From Thermoplasmata archaeon (GTDB lineage Archaea > Thermoplasmatota > Thermoplasmata > Lutacidiplasmatales > UBA184), in assembly GCA_035632035.1 (NCBI GenBank), contig DASQHP010000059.1:1-57552 (forward strand): DNA of 57,552 nucleotides. The letters run 5' to 3'. Shown piece after piece: positions 54,202 through 57,552 of the stretch. The position numbers and the translations under genes are program-made. The notes beneath the pieces are model-generated. The model was not told the DNA's origin. It worked only from the letters and a program-made list of their open reading frames with translations, and did no database searches. Positions within the stretch are counted from its first letter, which is position 1, and each line of letters begins with the position of its first letter.

Positions 54202-55464
54202 GCCGAGCTCGGCGGAGAGCTCGGCGAGCGAAGCCACGACCTTCGCGCCATGTTCCAGGAGCCGTTCCCGGACCCGGGTCGCGGCCCCCTCGGTGAAGTC
54301 GCGACCCGTCCATCCGGCCGGTTCCACGAGGTAGACCCGCGGGCCGCCCCGCGGCAGGAGCGCCAGCTCCTCCATGTTCGCGAGGTTGGACGGCCCGACA
54401 GGGATCGGGGCCACGACGACGGACTCCGCGGACGAGAGGAGCGGACGGAGCTTCTCCCGGCTTTCCTGGGAGATCGGGGTGAACGGGAGCCCGACGACCG
54501 CGGGGACCCCGAGCTCCTGGGCCGTTTCCGTATCGGTGTCGAACAGCGGCAGCACGCCGGCCGTCAGCGACCATCCGTCCCCATCGAGCCGGCGCAGGAG
54601 CTCCGACGCGGTGCCTCCTCCTCCGATGACGTGCACCGTGCCGCGGGCGATGAGGGACGGCCGGCGGCGCGATGAGGGGAGCCGGGGAATGAGGTACGGA
54701 TGTCGGGTCTCCGGGTCCGTCCGCAGCTCGGCGTCCACGCCCCACACCTCCCGGAGGAGGTCGGGCGACAGCACCTCGGACGGTGGTCCGTCATCCACGA
54801 CGCGCCCGTGGGCCAGAACGATGACCCGGGGAAAGTAGCGGGCGGCGAGGTTGAGGTCGTGGAGGGCGACCACGACGGCGGTTCCCTCCCGACGGGCGAG
54901 CCTTCCCACCCGGTCCATCAGGTCGAGCTGGTGGCCCACATCGAGGTGGGCGGTCGGCTCGTCCAGCAACAGGAGAGGAGCCTCCTGGACAAGGGCTCGG
55001 GCGAGGAGGACGCGCTGGCGCTCTCCTCCGCTCAGTTCGAGGACCCCCGATTCCCGACGATCCCAGAGCTCCACATCGCGAAGGGCCGTCTCGGCCCTCG
55101 CCCGATCGACGGCCCGTTCCGCCTCGAACGCCGTGAGGAACGCGTACCGGCCGAACAGGACGTAGTCGAGGACCGGGACGTTGTCCTGCGGGACCTCGGA
55201 CTGGGGCATCCACGCGACCTGCCGAGCCCGCTCTCGCGCCTGGAGGGTGTCGACGGGTCTCCCCGAGAGCCGGACCACCCCCCGGCTAAGCGGAAGCAGG
55301 CCGAGCGCCGCGCGAAGGAGCGTGGTCTTCCCCGACCCGTTCGGGCCGGCCAGCCCGACGAGCTCACCGGCCCTCACTCGGAGGGAGACGCCGTGGAGCA
55401 CGGGGCGGGACCCGTACATCGCGTTCGCCGCCTCGATCTCGAGGGGGGGCGGAACGTCACTCAT
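54136..55464 (-). CDS. Iron-siderophore/cobalamin-type ABC transporter ATPase (FepC/BtuD-like) with extra C-terminal domain
   Basis: GPNGSGKTT, LSGGERQR, LLLLDEPTAHLD and LHDLN, followed by about 180 extra residues containing VHVIGGGGTA. ATGA overlap with the permease stop. Confidence 0.9.
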   Translation of the reverse strand: MSDVPPPLEIEAANAMYGSRPVLHGVSLRVRAGELVGLAGPNGSGKTTLLRAALGLLPLSRGVVRLSGRPVDTLQARERARQVAWMPQSEVPQDNVPVLDYVLFGRYAFLTAFEAERAVDRARAETALRDVELWDRRESGVLELSGGERQRVLLARALVQEAPLLLLDEPTAHLDVGHQLDLMDRVGRLARREGTAVVVALHDLNLAARYFPRVIVLAHGRVVDDGPPSEVLSPDLLREVWGVDAELRTDPETRHPYLIPRLPSSRRRPSLIARGTVHVIGGGGTASELLRRLDGDGWSLTAGVLPLFDTDTETAQELGVPAVVGLPFTPISQESREKLRPLLSSAESVVVAPIPVGPSNLANMEELALLPRGGPRVYLVEPAGWTGRDFTEGAATRVRERLLEHGAKVVASLAELSAELGSGSTAPASGSAGPGIVETVDR

Positions 55465-56576
55465 GTCGCCTCTCCTTCCGGCGCCCGGCGCCGGCGGTAG
55501 AGAAGATAGAGGAAGAACGGAAAGCCGGCGAACGAGGTCGGGATCCCAACGGGCACCTCGGTCCCCAACGGAAGGACCTGCGCTACGTCCTGGGCGAGGG
55601 CGAGGAACACCGCGCCCACGAGGACCGATCCCGCCAGCACGATCCGGTAATCGAACGAGAAGAGCCGCCGCACCACGTGCGGCGAGATCAGCCCGACGAA
55701 CCCGATGATCCCCGTGAACGCGACCGCGACGGCGGTGACGAACGACGCCAGGAGAAGCAGCCGGAGGCGGATCCGCCGCACGTCGACCCCGAGTGTCTGG
55801 GCGACATCCGGCCCGAGCTGGAGGAGGTTGAGCTCGCGGCCGTGAATGGCGAGCAGCGTCCCGCCCACCAGTAGCCCGCCCAGCACGATGGCGACGCGGT
55901 CCCAGGTCGCTCCGAAGAGCCCGCCCAAGAGCCAGTAGCTCACCTGGAGGTTGCCCAGCGGATTGAACAGAAGGAGCGTTCCCAGGATCGCCGAGAGAAA
56001 GGAGCTGAGGGCGACGCCCGTCAAGAGAAGGGTCGTCGTCGTGCTCCGGGGACTGCGGGCCGCGAGCAGAATAATGAGCCCGGTCAAGAGCGCGCCGAAG
56101 AACGCGAAGAGCGGGAGGACGAGGTTCGCCGCCTGCGAGCCCACCCCCAAAACGAACAGGGTCGCGGCCCCGAGCGACGCCCCGGCGGAGAGCCCGAGCA
56201 GATACGGGTCCGCGAGGGGGTTGCGAAAGATCCCCTGGAGCGTGGCTCCCGACAAGCCGAGGCCCGCTCCGACCAGGAGTGCGAGCAGGAGGGCCGGGAG
56301 ACGGATGTCCCAGACGATCTCGATGAAGATCGCGCACCGGTTCGCCGGCGTCGCGGTGCCGCACGCCTCGGCCGGCCACACACCTCCCGAAGCCTGATGG
56401 ACCAGGATGGACCCGACGGTTCCCGGTGGGATGGGGGTCGGTCCGATGAGCGGAGAGACCACGATGAGCACGAGGACGAGGAGGCCCAGCGCGACGAGCC
56501 CCAGCCGATGCCGTCGCCGTGCCGTCCGCCCGGTCGAGGGAGGACGGGCGTCAGGCGGCTGCGGGGTGGATAGCAT
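55461..56576 (-). CDS. FecCD/BtuC-family ABC transporter permease
   Basis: IRLPALLLALLVGAGLGLSGATLQGIFRNPLADPYLLGLSAGASLGA is the FecCD signature. Confidence 0.92.
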   Translation of the reverse strand: MLSTPQPPDARPPSTGRTARRRHRLGLVALGLLVLVLIVVSPLIGPTPIPPGTVGSILVHQASGGVWPAEACGTATPANRCAIFIEIVWDIRLPALLLALLVGAGLGLSGATLQGIFRNPLADPYLLGLSAGASLGAATLFVLGVGSQAANLVLPLFAFFGALLTGLIILLAARSPRSTTTTLLLTGVALSSFLSAILGTLLLFNPLGNLQVSYWLLGGLFGATWDRVAIVLGGLLVGGTLLAIHGRELNLLQLGPDVAQTLGVDVRRIRLRLLLLASFVTAVAVAFTGIIGFVGLISPHVVRRLFSFDYRIVLAGSVLVGAVFLALAQDVAQVLPLGTEVPVGIPTSFAGFPFFLYLLYRRRRAPEGEAT

Positions 56577-57531
56577 TGGTCATGGCCGGAAGGCCCACCA
56601 GGATCATCGTCGGGTCGGCTTCGGTGAACAGTGTCACGTCCAGCGCGACCTTGTTCGAGGTCAGCTGGCCCCAGTCCGGCCCCTGGGCGTACGACGAGAG
56701 GGGCGACCCGAGCGGCCCGGACCCATAGATCACGAGCGCCGGCGCATCGGCCAACACCTCCGACCCCGGCAGGACCGGATAGGGGACGCTCGCGCCTGCC
56801 GCGATGCTGCGCCCACCCGCGAGGACGATCAGCGAGTTCCCGAACGTGCCCGGCCCATAGGAGTAGTACCCCGCACTCGGATCGACGTAGTAGGTCAGGA
56901 GGACGGCGGGGATGGACGCGTTCGGGTCGGCCGTGAGGTTCTGCAGCGCCGAGGTCGCCCGGGCGAGCGCGCTCTGGAGCGTGCCTTCCAGCGCCGCGGC
57001 GCCGGTCGCGTCGGGGAACAATTGTCCGAAGATCCGCACGTCCGTGACGATCGCATCGAGAGAGGTGGGCACCAGCCAAACGACGGGGACGTGGTAGGTG
57101 GTCGAGAACTCGTTCACCGCGCTCTCGGAGACGAAGGAGGTTGCGAGAATGAGCTGGGGGGAATCATTCAGGAGCTCCTCCGTGTCGAGGGAGGGGAACG
57201 CCTGGACGCACATCGCCGGTGTCAATCCCCACTCCACCGTCTGGTTCGGTGTGTAGTCGCCGAGGAGCCCCCCGTAGCTCGCCGAGGAGCAGTCGACCCC
57301 GACCAAATCGCCGCGCAGTCCGAGCCGGACCATCGTATCGACCAGGTTGGGCCCGAGGACCACGACGCGGCCCGCGTCCGACGGGGCGCTCACGGTCCGA
57401 CCATAGTCGTCCACCAATTGGACGGTCCCCGGTCCGCCGCCGGGGGAGCTGGACTGGGAGATCTCGAGGTAGGCCGCGGTGGCCGCGATGGAAGCTCCCG
57501 CGACGACGAGCACGACCACGAGGACGAGCAC
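56551..57531 (-). CDS. ABC transporter substrate-binding protein (BtuF/FhuD-like, class 8), N-terminal membrane anchor
   Basis: TM/signal LVLVVVLVVAGASIAATAA, then YGRTVSAPSDAGRVVVLGPNLVDTMVRLGL, typical of PF01497-type binders. The frame is open to the window edge, so the true start may lie beyond 57552. Confidence 0.85.
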   Translation of the reverse strand: MLVLVVVLVVAGASIAATAAYLEISQSSSPGGGPGTVQLVDDYGRTVSAPSDAGRVVVLGPNLVDTMVRLGLRGDLVGVDCSSASYGGLLGDYTPNQTVEWGLTPAMCVQAFPSLDTEELLNDSPQLILATSFVSESAVNEFSTTYHVPVVWLVPTSLDAIVTDVRIFGQLFPDATGAAALEGTLQSALARATSALQNLTADPNASIPAVLLTYYVDPSAGYYSYGPGTFGNSLIVLAGGRSIAAGASVPYPVLPGSEVLADAPALVIYGSGPLGSPLSSYAQGPDWGQLTSNKVALDVTLFTEADPTMILVGLPAMTNAIHPAAA

Positions 57532-57552
57532 GGGGGCGATGCCCCGACGGGG

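Noticed and set aside
1-57552. CRISPR arrays, long direct or inverted repeats, IS elements, prophage, or toxin-antitoxin or defence cassettes.
   Set aside because: Reading both strands, I found no spaced repeat arrays and no integrase, transposase, Cas, nuclease-NTPase or small paired toxin-like ORFs. Essentially every gap longer than 100 nt is a divergent promoter region.
1-57552. Stop-codon recoding (Sec/Pyl) or programmed frameshifts in conserved genes.
   Set aside because: All recognised genes are uninterrupted single ORFs of normal length. The only anomaly is the missing canonical start of trm1, which is reported as a finding.

Overview
Densely packed archaeal chromosomal segment, very GC-rich (roughly two-thirds to 70% by eye, not computed), with about 60 CDS that are almost all housekeeping. 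Archaeal markers include S8e, SRP19, a GPN-loop GTPase, family-B DNA polymerase, RadB, aEF-2, S12/S7, RpoP, L37Ae, the exosome subunits Rrp4/Rrp41/Rrp42, SBDS and proteasome alpha. Metabolic genes include ADP-forming acetyl-CoA synthetase, a two-subunit 2-oxoacid:ferredoxin oxidoreductase, MoaA/D/E and MoeA, PurM/PurQ and PyrC. Repair genes include UDG family 4, Ogt, UvrB and an Lhr-like helicase. The right edge carries a BtuFCD-like ABC importer. I saw no rRNA, tRNA, CRISPR array, transposase, integrase or recognisable defence or toxin genes. The many long extra ORFs in the track are codon-aligned antisense or alternate-frame shadow ORFs typical of high GC. Many first genes appear leaderless, with an AT-rich box 22-31 nt upstream of the start codon; I used this to shorten several longest-ORF starts. 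I do not see a compelling new system; this is mostly an ordinary core region. The best leads, all moderate, are listed here. (1) A 100-aa protein whose C-terminus mimics the ribosomal P-stalk tail. (2) A GT-C-like membrane protein, flippase and small membrane protein locus. (3) A coiled-coil protein translationally coupled to a UPF0200-type P-loop kinase. (4) trm1, whose conserved N-terminus has no canonical start codon. (5) A PP-loop (LarE-like) gene coupled to an orphan uvrB. (6) A BtuD-like ATPase with an unexplained C-terminal domain of about 180 aa. (7) A long hairpin in the 5' leader of the DUF255 thioredoxin-domain gene.
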